Notes under the pieces: model-generated
Told to the model about the DNA's origin: nothing
The model's database searches: none
What the model saw: the letters and a program-made list of their open reading frames with translations, nothing else
In this document: positions 20,171-30,034 of the stretch, piece by piece
Numbering within the stretch: the stretch's first letter is position 1
Layout of the letters: every line of letters begins with the position of its first letter
Position numbers and translations under genes: made by a program
Origin: an uncultured SAR86 cluster bacterium
Lineage (GTDB): Bacteria; Pseudomonadota; Gammaproteobacteria; Magnimaribacterales; AG-339-G14
DNA: 64,000 nucleotides
Assembly: GCA_902542145.1 (NCBI GenBank)
Contig: CACBTL010000006.1
Span: 4,316-68,315, forward strand
Direction of reading: 5' to 3'

Positions 20171-21128
20171 AAAAAAAGTTCTCATAACTGGTGCTGCTGG
20201 ATTTATTGGAATGCATCTTTCTGAAAAGTTGCTGAAAAAAAATTTTGTTGTTGTAGGTATAGATAACCTAAATGATTACTATGACGTTCGTCTCAAAAAA
20301 GAAAGAATAAAAAATTTAAAAAACTATAAAAATTTCCATTTTTATAAGGTTGATCTTCTGCAAGTCAAAAAACTAGAGGATCTTATGAGCAACAATTCCT
20401 TTGAATATGTTATAAATCTTGCTGCTCAAGCTGGTGTTAGGTATTCGATAGAAAATCCTTCCACGTATATAGAAAACAACATTAAAGGATTCTTAAACCT
20501 ATTAGATATTTTAAAATCTCATGATTCCTTGAAGACTTTATTCTATGCATCGAGTTCTAGTATTTACGGTTCTAATGAAAAAATGCCTTTCAAAGAAATA
20601 CACAATACAGACAATCCACTTGCTATTTATGGTGTCTCAAAAAAAACAAATGAACTTATGGCATCTGCATACTCTTACTTATACAAGATGAATATAGTTG
20701 GTTTAAGATTCTTTACTGTTTATGGGCCATGGGGACGTCCTGATATGGCTCTTTTTAAATTTATTGAAGCAATAAAATCAGGAAAAAAGATTGAAGTTTT
20801 CAATTCTGGAAATATGTTGAGAGATTTTACCTACATCGATGATATTACTGAGGCGATATTTAAATTATTAACCGTAAATCATAAAGACCATGAAATATAT
20901 AATATTGGAAGAGGAAAGCCTGTAAATCTTATGAATTTCATAACATCAATAGAGAATAATCTTGGTAAGAAGGCTAAATTCAAGTTTCTTCCCATGCAAA
21001 AAGGTGACGTCAAAAAAACTCATTCCTCTGTTCATAAACTTTTTTTGAAGACTGGTTTTAAGCCTAAAATTTCGGTAGATAAGGGCATTAAAGAATTTGT
21101 AAAATGGCATAATGAATTTTATTCTTAA
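20157..21128 (+). CDS. UDP-glucuronate 4-epimerase (CapI/WbpP-like SDR)
   Basis: TGAAGFIG, LAAQAGVRYS, YGVSK, RFFTVYGPWGRPDMA. Confidence 0.9.
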   Translation: MAGNRKKVLITGAAGFIGMHLSEKLLKKNFVVVGIDNLNDYYDVRLKKERIKNLKNYKNFHFYKVDLLQVKKLEDLMSNNSFEYVINLAAQAGVRYSIENPSTYIENNIKGFLNLLDILKSHDSLKTLFYASSSSIYGSNEKMPFKEIHNTDNPLAIYGVSKKTNELMASAYSYLYKMNIVGLRFFTVYGPWGRPDMALFKFIEAIKSGKKIEVFNSGNMLRDFTYIDDITEAIFKLLTVNHKDHEIYNIGRGKPVNLMNFITSIENNLGKKAKFKFLPMQKGDVKKTHSSVHKLFLKTGFKPKISVDKGIKEFVKWHNEFYS

Positions 21129-21942
21129 TAAATTAACTTTTATTAAATCAATCTTTTTAAAAGAGTTAAAAATAAATATAAAAATCTTTTTTTTTACATT
21201 TATCTATTTATTTAGGTCAAGTTTTAAAAAAGTTCATTTGGAATTAAATAATAAGGAAAAAGTTTTATTTCATAATCTTAAAAAGAATGGATTTTTAGAA
21301 TACACAAAGTATGAGGAACATTTCTTAGAGCGAATACATGAAAAATATTTTAATCAGGAAGGTAATTTAGGTGACAATAATTCGAGTAAATCTTTTTGGA
21401 ATAATAAAAGCTTAAATAGAGAGAAAACAATAGATTTATCCAAGCTTATTTTTAAAAATGATAAAACTTTATACAAAATAGTTTCCAATTATTTTTCAGA
21501 GCCGTATTATTTAGAGTCTATAGAATTAGTAAGAAGTTTAAATCTAGGATCTAAGTACCAATCATCTCAATTATTCCACCGAGACTTTAATTCAATTAAA
21601 ACTCTTAAAGTTTTCATCTATTTCTCAGACGTGAATTCATCAGAGGATGGTCCTTTTTCTATCATTACTCAATCTCTTAAAGCAAGAATGTTAAGTTTTA
21701 TTAATCCAATTCATAAATCCTTAAAATGGGAAAAAAGAGTCTCTAAATTTTCAAATGTTAAGAAATTTTTGGGTAAAAGAGGCAAGGTATTCATTGTTGA
21801 TACATTTAGGAATTTTCATTTTGGTTCCAGAATTACTAATGATGGTTCAAGATTGATGCTTATTGTATCTTTCAGAAATATTAACAGGTTGCATGGATCA
21901 GATCCTTTTCAACCTATTGAATTAAAAAAAATCTTGAATTAA
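21112..21942 (+). CDS. Fe(II)/2-oxoglutarate dioxygenase-like protein (PhyH type)
   Basis: FHRD (HxD), LKVFIYFSDV...DGPF, distal FHFG, and R in GSRLML. Confidence 0.7.
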   Translation: MNFILNKLTFIKSIFLKELKINIKIFFFTFIYLFRSSFKKVHLELNNKEKVLFHNLKKNGFLEYTKYEEHFLERIHEKYFNQEGNLGDNNSSKSFWNNKSLNREKTIDLSKLIFKNDKTLYKIVSNYFSEPYYLESIELVRSLNLGSKYQSSQLFHRDFNSIKTLKVFIYFSDVNSSEDGPFSIITQSLKARMLSFINPIHKSLKWEKRVSKFSNVKKFLGKRGKVFIVDTFRNFHFGSRITNDGSRLMLIVSFRNINRLHGSDPFQPIELKKILN

Positions 21943-21955
21943 TCTTAAATCAAAA

Positions 21956-22900
21956 ATGAAATTAATTGCTGAACTCTGCCAGAATCATAATGGAAAAGAA
22001 AAAATACTTTTTAGCATGCTCGACGAAGCTGTTGAAGCAGGAGCAACTCATGTAAAACTTCAACACATTTTTTCTGAAAATATCACTTATAGAAAAATTT
22101 TTGAAAATGGTGGCTTGGATAAAGTTTCAAGAATCAATTGTTTTAAAAGGCCCTACGAGGAAGAATATAAAAGGTTAAAAAAATTAGAAATTAAACACTC
22201 CACGGTTAAAAAATTTATTAAAGAGTGTGAAGCTCATAAAGTTACTCCTCTGACAACATGCTTTGCCCATCAGCATGCACATGAATTACATGATATTGGT
22301 TTCGATGAAATAAAAGTTGCTAGCTATGATTGTGCAAGTTTCTCAATGCTTGAAACATTAAAAAATCTTTATAAAAAAATTTATATTTCTACTGGGGCAA
22401 CATTCGATTCAGAGGTGGAAAAAGCAAGTAAAATTTTGGGCAAGAAAGCAACTTTCTTCCATTGTGTCACAAGATATCCTACTCCCTTGGAGCATCTAAA
22501 TTTAAATAGAATTGAGTATCTTAGAAAATTCTCTAAAAGAGTAGGTTATAGTGATCACTCAAGCACCATGGAAATTCCTAATTTAGCTTCTTATGCAGCA
22601 ATATATAACGGTGCATCTTTAATTGAACGTCACTTTACAATTTTACCTAAAGATCAAACCAAAGACGGAAAAGTTTCAATCAATCCATCTGATGTAAAAG
22701 ACTTATTTAAATTCTATAAATTAAGCAAAGAAGATCAATTAAAGATTCTTAAGAGGCTTGGGTACTCTTCAAAATTTTTGGGTAAAAGAACATTTGAAAT
22801 GTCCAATGAAGAATATTCAAATCGTCTTTACTACAGAGGAAGATTTGCTTCAGTAATCACAGAAAATGGAATAAAAAGACATGTCTACAATTGGGAGTAA
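21956..22900 (+). CDS. Second, divergent nonulosonate synthase (NeuB family) lacking the AFL/SAF domain
   Basis: IAELCQNHNG, KVASYD, ISTG, HCVTRYP, YSDHS, IERHFT; ends at 314 aa without VKRPG. Confidence 0.88.
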   Translation: MKLIAELCQNHNGKEKILFSMLDEAVEAGATHVKLQHIFSENITYRKIFENGGLDKVSRINCFKRPYEEEYKRLKKLEIKHSTVKKFIKECEAHKVTPLTTCFAHQHAHELHDIGFDEIKVASYDCASFSMLETLKNLYKKIYISTGATFDSEVEKASKILGKKATFFHCVTRYPTPLEHLNLNRIEYLRKFSKRVGYSDHSSTMEIPNLASYAAIYNGASLIERHFTILPKDQTKDGKVSINPSDVKDLFKFYKLSKEDQLKILKRLGYSSKFLGKRTFEMSNEEYSNRLYYRGRFASVITENGIKRHVYNWE

Positions 22901-22918
22901 TTTCCAATCAATAAATCA

Positions 22919-24232
22919 GTGATTAATTCTTCCAGAAGAATTCTCGTTATCTCAGAAAATATATTTTCTGATAGATTATTTAACTCTTTAGGTTTAAAGA
23001 ATTCAAATGCTCCTGAATTCATTTTTTTGAGCTCGAAAGAATTATCGAAGTTAGAAGAAAATTTTGAACAAGAAGTAAAATCAAACTTTAATTTGAAGTC
23101 CAGATTAAAGATATTCAAGTTTTTTAAATCACTCTTTAAGTATGTGGCTCCCGCTGGAAAAGATTTGAGCTCAGTAAGCAACACTTTTCAAGTTGAGTCT
23201 TATAATTGGAATTTTCTAAAGGAAAATATATTTAAGTACTTGATTTATTTATTAAGCAGATATCAATATTTTAGAAAATTCTCTCGTAAACTTATAATCT
23301 CGCTTTTAAATTTGGAAAGCAGATATATTCCAGAATTAGATAATATCGATGGAGTTTTTACTTTCAGTGTAGGTAATTTGAAATCTAATTTAGTTTCTAT
23401 TGTTGCATTAAGGGCTTTGAAGAAAAATTTAAAAGTATTCAGTTATATTCAGAGCTGGGACAATCCTACAACTAAAGGCATACCTATTTTTCAACCAGAC
23501 TTTGTTTACATTTGGTCAGATTCCATGAAAGAGGATGTAATAAATAATTATGAATTTTGCTCAAATAAAATGTTAATTGTTGGAAGTCCTTTATTTAAAA
23601 AAATTGAATTTTCTAAAACTCAAAATACAATTATGTTGGCACTTAAAAGCTCTAAAGCATATAAAGATAATGTCAGGATAGTTAAAGATCTCATAGAAAT
23701 AAGAGATCAAATAAAATTTGATTTGTTCATAAGAATTCATCCTTTAAATCTAGACAATAATAGTTTTCAAGAATTGCAAGAGCTTAAAAATCTTGCCCAT
23801 AAACATAATTTCCAAATTCTTTTACCTAATGAAAATAAAAATGATATTTTGCTTACAGAAGAATACGATCAAATATCTAGAGACGCCTTCCTTAAATCAT
23901 CAATATTTATAAGCATTTTCTCAACAATGAACATAGAATCAATTTATTACGATATTCCTACTATAAATATTAGCTATGATTATAGAGAAGATGGTCATTC
24001 TCAAAGACAAGATATTAGGATAGATGCAAACCAAATTCATAATAAAAGATCTTTATCCTTTGGCTCAATCATGGATGCTAAAAATAAAAAAGAGTTAGGA
24101 AAATATATAAATCAGATACTTACAAATAATTCGAAGATAACGAACAAAAGTCAATTTATAAATTATCATTGCGGTCCAAATTATGAATTCCATAGGATAA
24201 AAAATCACATCCTAAATTTTTTAAATTTATGA
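22919..24232 (+). CDS. Putative CMP-sugar / CDP-glycerol transferase-like GT-B protein
   Basis: QSWDNPTTKG, IRIHP, STMNIES..D.P motifs typical of TagF/sialyltransferase-like proteins. Confidence 0.55.
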   Translation: MINSSRRILVISENIFSDRLFNSLGLKNSNAPEFIFLSSKELSKLEENFEQEVKSNFNLKSRLKIFKFFKSLFKYVAPAGKDLSSVSNTFQVESYNWNFLKENIFKYLIYLLSRYQYFRKFSRKLIISLLNLESRYIPELDNIDGVFTFSVGNLKSNLVSIVALRALKKNLKVFSYIQSWDNPTTKGIPIFQPDFVYIWSDSMKEDVINNYEFCSNKMLIVGSPLFKKIEFSKTQNTIMLALKSSKAYKDNVRIVKDLIEIRDQIKFDLFIRIHPLNLDNNSFQELQELKNLAHKHNFQILLPNENKNDILLTEEYDQISRDAFLKSSIFISIFSTMNIESIYYDIPTINISYDYREDGHSQRQDIRIDANQIHNKRSLSFGSIMDAKNKKELGKYINQILTNNSKITNKSQFINYHCGPNYEFHRIKNHILNFLNL

Positions 24233-25155
24233 AGATATACAAATTTAACGATTTTAAGATTAGAGAAATTGCCTCTGCGAAAATAGAAAATGTTTCCAAT
24301 TTGAATCCAATAAAACATATACCAGGAAGGTCTAATTTTAAATCCTTTATTTATTCCTTTAGAATTTTATTCAAATATTTCTCTGGTTTTCTCAAAAGAA
24401 AAAAAAGAGATATTAAAGATGAATATGACCTTATCTGGGACAAACAAAATTTAGAAAAACAATTCAAAAATTTAGATTCCTTTTTCCTTAGCTGTTCTTA
24501 CAAAGAACACATAACTGAGGACTCTAACATTTCAACTTCTACATGGTGGCTTAACTCAATCTTCCTAACAATCATTGAAGATCAAATTAAAAAAGGTAAT
24601 TTTCAAAATATAATTGAAATTGGTTCAGGAAATGGTTTTAATCTTATTTATTTAGCTAACAGATTTCCTGATAAAAACTTTTCAGGATTTGAGCTAACGA
24701 ATAAAGGTGTGGAAAATTCTTATGCCTCTTCAAAAAATAAAACAATTGTTGAAAATATTTCAAAATTTGTTTCGCTTAATAACAATTCAAAAATATCATT
24801 CCCTTTAAATAATCTTACTTTCACTCAGAAAGATATAACAGAAGGATTAGATGAAAGCTTTGTAATTGGTAATACCCTAGTTTTTACTTCTCTTGCCATG
24901 GAGCAAATGGAGGAAGTTTTTCCAAAAGCCATAAAAAAAATTTTAGAAATTAAGGCAGATAAATATCTATTTATTGAGCCTCTTCTAGAGTTTCAAAATT
25001 TCTTTGATAAATTAAATTTAAAAAGTAAAGGATACCTTTATAGATCTGCGTCTGAAATTAATAAGAACAATTTTTCACCTTCCTTATTCTATTTGTTCAA
25101 AAAATTAAGGAAAAAGAAATTTGGACTAGGTATGCTAATTTTGGAAAAGGACTAA
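24229..25155 (+). CDS. Class I SAM-dependent methyltransferase
   Basis: IIEIGSGNG, GFELT, VFTSLAMEQ, LFIEP. Confidence 0.75.
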   Translation: MKIYKFNDFKIREIASAKIENVSNLNPIKHIPGRSNFKSFIYSFRILFKYFSGFLKRKKRDIKDEYDLIWDKQNLEKQFKNLDSFFLSCSYKEHITEDSNISTSTWWLNSIFLTIIEDQIKKGNFQNIIEIGSGNGFNLIYLANRFPDKNFSGFELTNKGVENSYASSKNKTIVENISKFVSLNNNSKISFPLNNLTFTQKDITEGLDESFVIGNTLVFTSLAMEQMEEVFPKAIKKILEIKADKYLFIEPLLEFQNFFDKLNLKSKGYLYRSASEINKNNFSPSLFYLFKKLRKKKFGLGMLILEKD

Positions 25156-25184
25156 TTACTTATTACTCTGGAATCAAAATAAAC

Positions 25185-25205
25185 AAGGTGAAACACCTTA
25201 TTATT
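25185..25205 (+). terminator. Possible weak terminator hairpin
   Basis: AAGGTG-AAA-CACCTT followed by an A/T-rich tail, 30 bp after a stop codon, in a 305-bp gap. Confidence 0.3.
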
Positions 25206-25460
25206 AAAGTTATCTTTTCATAAAGATTTAAAAAAAATTAAAATCACTCTCTTGAAAAAAATGATCTATTTTTTATCCAAGTTAAAACCAATATTTTGAA
25301 TGTTTTTCTTTCCTAAATTTATATTGATAGCTACATCAAATTAAATTTAAGAATATAAAAAGAAATGCTTTTGAAATACTTTATTCATTTCATTCAAATA
25401 ATTATAAAATACATATGAAATTTTTTAGACATTAATCATGTAAAATAATCTCCGATCACC

Positions 25461-26537
25461 ATGGAAATTAAATTAAATTCCCTTCTTGAATGCCCTAACT
25501 GTAAAAGTAAAAGCTTTATCAAGCTTTTTCAGAATGTAGAATTCGACAATGATCTAGATATTTTTTCAAATGATAAAAAAAATCTCAAAAAATATCATAA
25601 TGTAGATTTTTCACTTCTCAAAAAGAGTAATTTTCAAATATGCAAAAACTGTTTACTTGTATTCTCAAAAAATAGAAGAAATGAAGAAAGTATGTATTCA
25701 ATGGAATTTTTTGCAGACGTCCAAAAAAGATGGTACAACAAATTTCCGCCACCTCAGGAATATCTAGAAACTCATGAAAATTTTTCAAAAAATTTTTTTA
25801 ATGTATTAAATAAAAATAATATAACTTTCAATTCAACCTCTGAAATTCTATGGCTCAGAACCGAGTGTGGTTTAATTTTAGATAAACTATTCAGTCATAT
25901 TCCAAAAGAAAATATTTTTCCTATCGAGTATTTTGAATCTAATTTGAGATATTTAAAAAGCAAAGGTTATGAGAATGCTAATCTTTTATCACCAGGGGAT
26001 TTCAAGAGTCCGTATAAAGATAAAAAATTTGATGAAATCTTTATAAATCATCAAATTACACATTCTTATGATCCTTTAAACTTTCTGAGAACATTAGTTT
26101 CTCTGCTTAAGAAAAATGGAAGGATATTTTTTTATAATGAAATCGATCATGTTTCAGCTAATAAACTTAATTTTCACTATCCAAGGGGTATAAATAACTT
26201 TCATAATCAACTTTTAACAAAAAATAGTCTAAGCAACTTAGGAAATTCTTTAAATTTGAGAACAGTCTTTTTTGAAAATTTAGATCCTTTAAAAAATGCA
26301 TCTGTGAATTGCGGAATGTTTGGATATCTTGAAAAGGAAAATATTGCTGAAAATAAAATAAAATACACAAATGATGAAATTACATTTGAAAAGGAAAAAA
26401 ATTCTTTTTTAGATTGGATGCATGAACATCGAAAATTTAGAAGAAAAAAAAATATCTCTCTTTATATTTCATTTCCCCTGAACTTATTGAAAAATCTAAT
26501 TAAGTTTCTCCTAAATTTCTATGGTAAAAAAACTTAG
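25461..26537 (+). CDS. Zn-ribbon plus methyltransferase-fold protein (degenerate SAM motif)
   Basis: CPNC...CKNC; FDEIFINHQITHSYDP..L...LKKNGRI, as in Methyltransf_23 proteins. Confidence 0.6.
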   Translation: MEIKLNSLLECPNCKSKSFIKLFQNVEFDNDLDIFSNDKKNLKKYHNVDFSLLKKSNFQICKNCLLVFSKNRRNEESMYSMEFFADVQKRWYNKFPPPQEYLETHENFSKNFFNVLNKNNITFNSTSEILWLRTECGLILDKLFSHIPKENIFPIEYFESNLRYLKSKGYENANLLSPGDFKSPYKDKKFDEIFINHQITHSYDPLNFLRTLVSLLKKNGRIFFYNEIDHVSANKLNFHYPRGINNFHNQLLTKNSLSNLGNSLNLRTVFFENLDPLKNASVNCGMFGYLEKENIAENKIKYTNDEITFEKEKNSFLDWMHEHRKFRRKKNISLYISFPLNLLKNLIKFLLNFYGKKT

Positions 26538-27255
26538 ATCTCTCTTAAAAATTTTAAGGTTTTATTTCTTCTATAAAGCTAAACCCAGATATTTAAATCC
26601 TTATTTTTGGCTGAGAATATGTTATAGATATTATGATGAATATCGTTTTTCAAAAATAAATAATGGAGAGATATATAGACTCACTCAAAAGCTTGTTGAG
26701 ACCAGTGGGTCCACAGGTTGTTCATATTCTGATTACCTAAATTTATATAGTCTAATGAAAAAACATAAACCTAAAGATCCAATTGAGTTTGGATCTGGGA
26801 TTTCTTCTTGTGTAATTGCTTATGCGCTCAAAGAAATAGATCACTCAGGAGGAGAAAAGGGTTGTTTAACTACCATGGAAGAATCTGATTTTTATTATAA
26901 AGATTTCTTAAAAATCATTCCCGAAGATTTATCAAATTATATAAATCCTATCCTTTCATCAAGAAAAACGAAATTATTTGATGGATATTTTGGTTGTTTT
27001 TATGAAAGTATTCCTGAAGGAAAATATGATTTTGTTTATATTGATGGGCCTCATACGACCTTTGAAGACGAAGAGAAAGCTTTTGATGCAGATATATTGA
27101 ATTTAATTCAATCTGATTCACTAAAATCAAACTCAACTATTGTTCTCGATCAAAGAGTTAAGACATTAGAAGTATTAAATAAAATCTCAAATTTTATTTT
27201 TCTTAAATATAAACCCTCTAAATCTCATTCAGTAGGAAAATTCATAAAGGAGTGA
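26521..27255 (+). CDS. Class I SAM-dependent methyltransferase (Methyltransf_24-like)
   Basis: IEFGSGISS, DFVYIDGP. Confidence 0.7.
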   Translation: MVKKLRSLLKILRFYFFYKAKPRYLNPYFWLRICYRYYDEYRFSKINNGEIYRLTQKLVETSGSTGCSYSDYLNLYSLMKKHKPKDPIEFGSGISSCVIAYALKEIDHSGGEKGCLTTMEESDFYYKDFLKIIPEDLSNYINPILSSRKTKLFDGYFGCFYESIPEGKYDFVYIDGPHTTFEDEEKAFDADILNLIQSDSLKSNSTIVLDQRVKTLEVLNKISNFIFLKYKPSKSHSVGKFIKE

Positions 27256-28247
27256 TTTTAAAGATAAGTTTTATAGTTTGTCCTAATGGTTTTGGTCATT
27301 TTAGAAGATTAAACACCATTTTAGATACCATAGATCTTCAACGATTTAATGTAACAATTTTCACAAATGAAGATGCATTTTTGAGTTATTGCAAAAGGTT
27401 AAAACTAAATATATCAAAAGAAATAACAATTAAAAATATTCCAAATTTACCAATGTTTTCGGATTATCAGAATAAAACTTCTAATGAAATATTAGAAATA
27501 TTCAATTTTACCGAAAGTTTAGAAAAGGAAAGTATTGTAATTTCTGATAATTATCCAGAAGTCTTCAAATTCAATGATAGCGGCATTCTTTTAGCTAATT
27601 TTTTTTGGCACAAACAGATTTTAAAATTTAATGATGATAAAAATTACAATTATATGAACTCGCCAAATAAAAGATTTATAACTTTAGGTACAATTTTTTC
27701 AAAATCTTATGTAAGGTCTTTGAAAAGTTTTTCCCAAATAGGTCTATTTGGAAATAAAAAAGATTCGGCATCTAGAAAAAATAATAGAATTCTATTTGTT
27801 CAAGGCAAAGGAGCTTGGACAGAAAATTACCCACGGCTTTTTAAAAGTTTCATAGAAAAATATCTTTCAAAATATGATGGCGAGATAGTGATAGATGAAC
27901 TTCTAGAAAATTTTGAGCATCCTAATCTATCAAAAGATATAACCTATTCATCAGCTAAAGATTTCATAAATTTAGATAAGTTTGATTTTGTAATCGGAAG
28001 ACCCAGTCTTGGAATTGTCACCGATTGCCTCGAAAGAAATATTTCTTTCATACCTATTTATGACAAAGAGGATAATGAAGCAAATCATAATGCTAAAATA
28101 ATCTCTGACCTCTATATGGTTAAGGGACTAGACGTCACAAATGTGGATTCACTATTAAAAAATGATGCAAAAATAAGTTTCAACGTATCTTTTTCTGGTG
28201 CTGCTGACTTAATGAACCAAATAAACTTCATGATTGATAATGGGTAA
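27252..28247 (+). CDS. GT28/PseG-SpsG-like GT-B protein
   Basis: N-terminal NGFGHFRR; C-terminal DFVIGRPSLG..DC, E...NA. Confidence 0.55.
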   Translation: MILKISFIVCPNGFGHFRRLNTILDTIDLQRFNVTIFTNEDAFLSYCKRLKLNISKEITIKNIPNLPMFSDYQNKTSNEILEIFNFTESLEKESIVISDNYPEVFKFNDSGILLANFFWHKQILKFNDDKNYNYMNSPNKRFITLGTIFSKSYVRSLKSFSQIGLFGNKKDSASRKNNRILFVQGKGAWTENYPRLFKSFIEKYLSKYDGEIVIDELLENFEHPNLSKDITYSSAKDFINLDKFDFVIGRPSLGIVTDCLERNISFIPIYDKEDNEANHNAKIISDLYMVKGLDVTNVDSLLKNDAKISFNVSFSGAADLMNQINFMIDNG

Positions 28248-28974
28248 AATAAAAGTTCTTTTTATAATATTAGCCAGAAAAGGCTCAAAGGGAGTTACAA
28301 ACAAAAATTTTAGAAAAATTTGTGGCAAGCCTCTTTTTCAATATATCCTTGAAGCAGCGCTTGAAGCCAAAATAAAAATCAGTTCAAATTTTGACATTGA
28401 AATAGTTGTTTCCTCTGACGATAAAAACATAATCGATCATGCAAATTCAATTCAAGCTGACATAGCTCCTTTTAGACGTCCAATCAGATATAGTAGAGAC
28501 GATTCTCTTTCTATAGATGCTATGAACCATGCTCTGGAATATATGGAAAAGGATAAAAAAATTAAATATGATCAAATATGTCTTCTCCAACCTACTTCAC
28601 CTCTTTGTGAACCAGAGGATATCCTAAACTGCATTTATTCTTTGAATTCTGAAAAAGAATTTGTCAGTGCCGCAACAATTTGTGAGTCGTCTATTCACCC
28701 TTTTAAGATGAAAAGGTTACTTAACAATAACGTACTTGTTAATTATATTGATCAAGGGTTTGAAGATATGAGACCTCGACAGTCATTGCCAAGAGTATAT
28801 AAAAGGAACGGAGCTGTTTACCTGTCTAAGAGATCTGTGATCGTTGATGAGGCCAGCATATTAGGAGATCCTTGCTTAGGAGTTGAAGTACCGATAACAA
28901 GGAGCATAGACATTGACAATGAAGCAGACTTCAAATTAGCTGAGATTTTAATCAAAGAAAAGCATCAAATTTAA
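28240..28974 (+). CDS. Second CMP-nonulosonate synthetase (NeuA family)
   Basis: LARKGSKGVTNKN, LQPTSP, RQSLP.VY.RNGAVY, SIDID. Confidence 0.92.
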   Translation: MGKIKVLFIILARKGSKGVTNKNFRKICGKPLFQYILEAALEAKIKISSNFDIEIVVSSDDKNIIDHANSIQADIAPFRRPIRYSRDDSLSIDAMNHALEYMEKDKKIKYDQICLLQPTSPLCEPEDILNCIYSLNSEKEFVSAATICESSIHPFKMKRLLNNNVLVNYIDQGFEDMRPRQSLPRVYKRNGAVYLSKRSVIVDEASILGDPCLGVEVPITRSIDIDNEADFKLAEILIKEKHQI

Positions 28975-28983
28975 GGCAATACA

Positions 28984-30030
28984 TTGGCTGCTTACCTATA
29001 TTATCTCCTAGCTATAGTTTTCATATTATTTATTCCAATAAACTCGAGGAATAAAGTTTATCCACAAAAGTTAGATCCCTTTTTTTTCTTATTTTTTGTC
29101 TTTTTCTTATCTTTACTATCCTTCAGGTCTGAGGGAGTAGATTTAGATAATTACGTTTATTCTTTTTATCAAAATCCATCTGATGTTCCGGATTTTGGTT
29201 ACAGATCACTAATTTATATTTTCAATGCACTGAATTTGAGCCTTGCTCATATGTTTTTGGCGATGAATTTGATAACGATCTATGCTTTTCATAGATTTTG
29301 CAACAAAAATTCTATTAGTTTTGCTTTGTTCATTACTTTTTATTTTTTACATTTAATGGTTTTAAGAGATTTAGTTCAACTAAGGTCAGCTTTTGCTTTC
29401 TCTTTATTCCTTTTGAGCATTACATACGATAAGAAATACTTAAAATTTATAATAGGTCTTATTGCATCATCAATTCACCTGACAGTAATCCCTCTTATAT
29501 TGAGCTTTTATTTCTTCAGCTGGATTTTTAGTTATAAATTAATTAACAAGTCTATTTTAATCTTATTGTCATTCCTTGTAATAATTTTATTTGGTTCAAA
29601 TTTAGAATATTTAAACGCCATAGATCCAAGAATAGGAATATATTTAAATTGGGAAAAAGAGGGATACGGGAATGAAGTTTCCAGCTTATCTTTTTTGTAT
29701 TTCCATACAGTTATTCTTCTCATTTCAAGCTTTTATTATTTTCAATCTAAATCAAATGATAAACTCATAGAAATACTATTACTTTTGGAAGTTATTTCCT
29801 TGGTAACATTTGTTTCTTTAAGCGACGTTGCAATATTTGCTTTTAGAATTTCTAGCATGATCGCATCTCTATATCCTTTTCTGTTAATCAGGTCCCTTCA
29901 ACTTTATGAAAATAAGGTCGGAGACATAAGCATTAGTAAATCTTTATTTATACTTGTGCCTGTAGCATGTTTTTTACTTTTTCGTCCTGGAACTTTTGAT
30001 TTAATCATGAGCTTTTCTCTACCTTATTGA
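28984..30030 (+). CDS. EpsG-family polysaccharide polymerase (Wzy)
   Basis: About 10 TM segments; R..GVD..NY, D.GY, QLRSAFA, SIH motifs. Confidence 0.75.
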   Translation: MAAYLYYLLAIVFILFIPINSRNKVYPQKLDPFFFLFFVFFLSLLSFRSEGVDLDNYVYSFYQNPSDVPDFGYRSLIYIFNALNLSLAHMFLAMNLITIYAFHRFCNKNSISFALFITFYFLHLMVLRDLVQLRSAFAFSLFLLSITYDKKYLKFIIGLIASSIHLTVIPLILSFYFFSWIFSYKLINKSILILLSFLVIILFGSNLEYLNAIDPRIGIYLNWEKEGYGNEVSSLSFLYFHTVILLISSFYYFQSKSNDKLIEILLLLEVISLVTFVSLSDVAIFAFRISSMIASLYPFLLIRSLQLYENKVGDISISKSLFILVPVACFLLFRPGTFDLIMSFSLPY

Positions 30031-30034
30031 ACTA

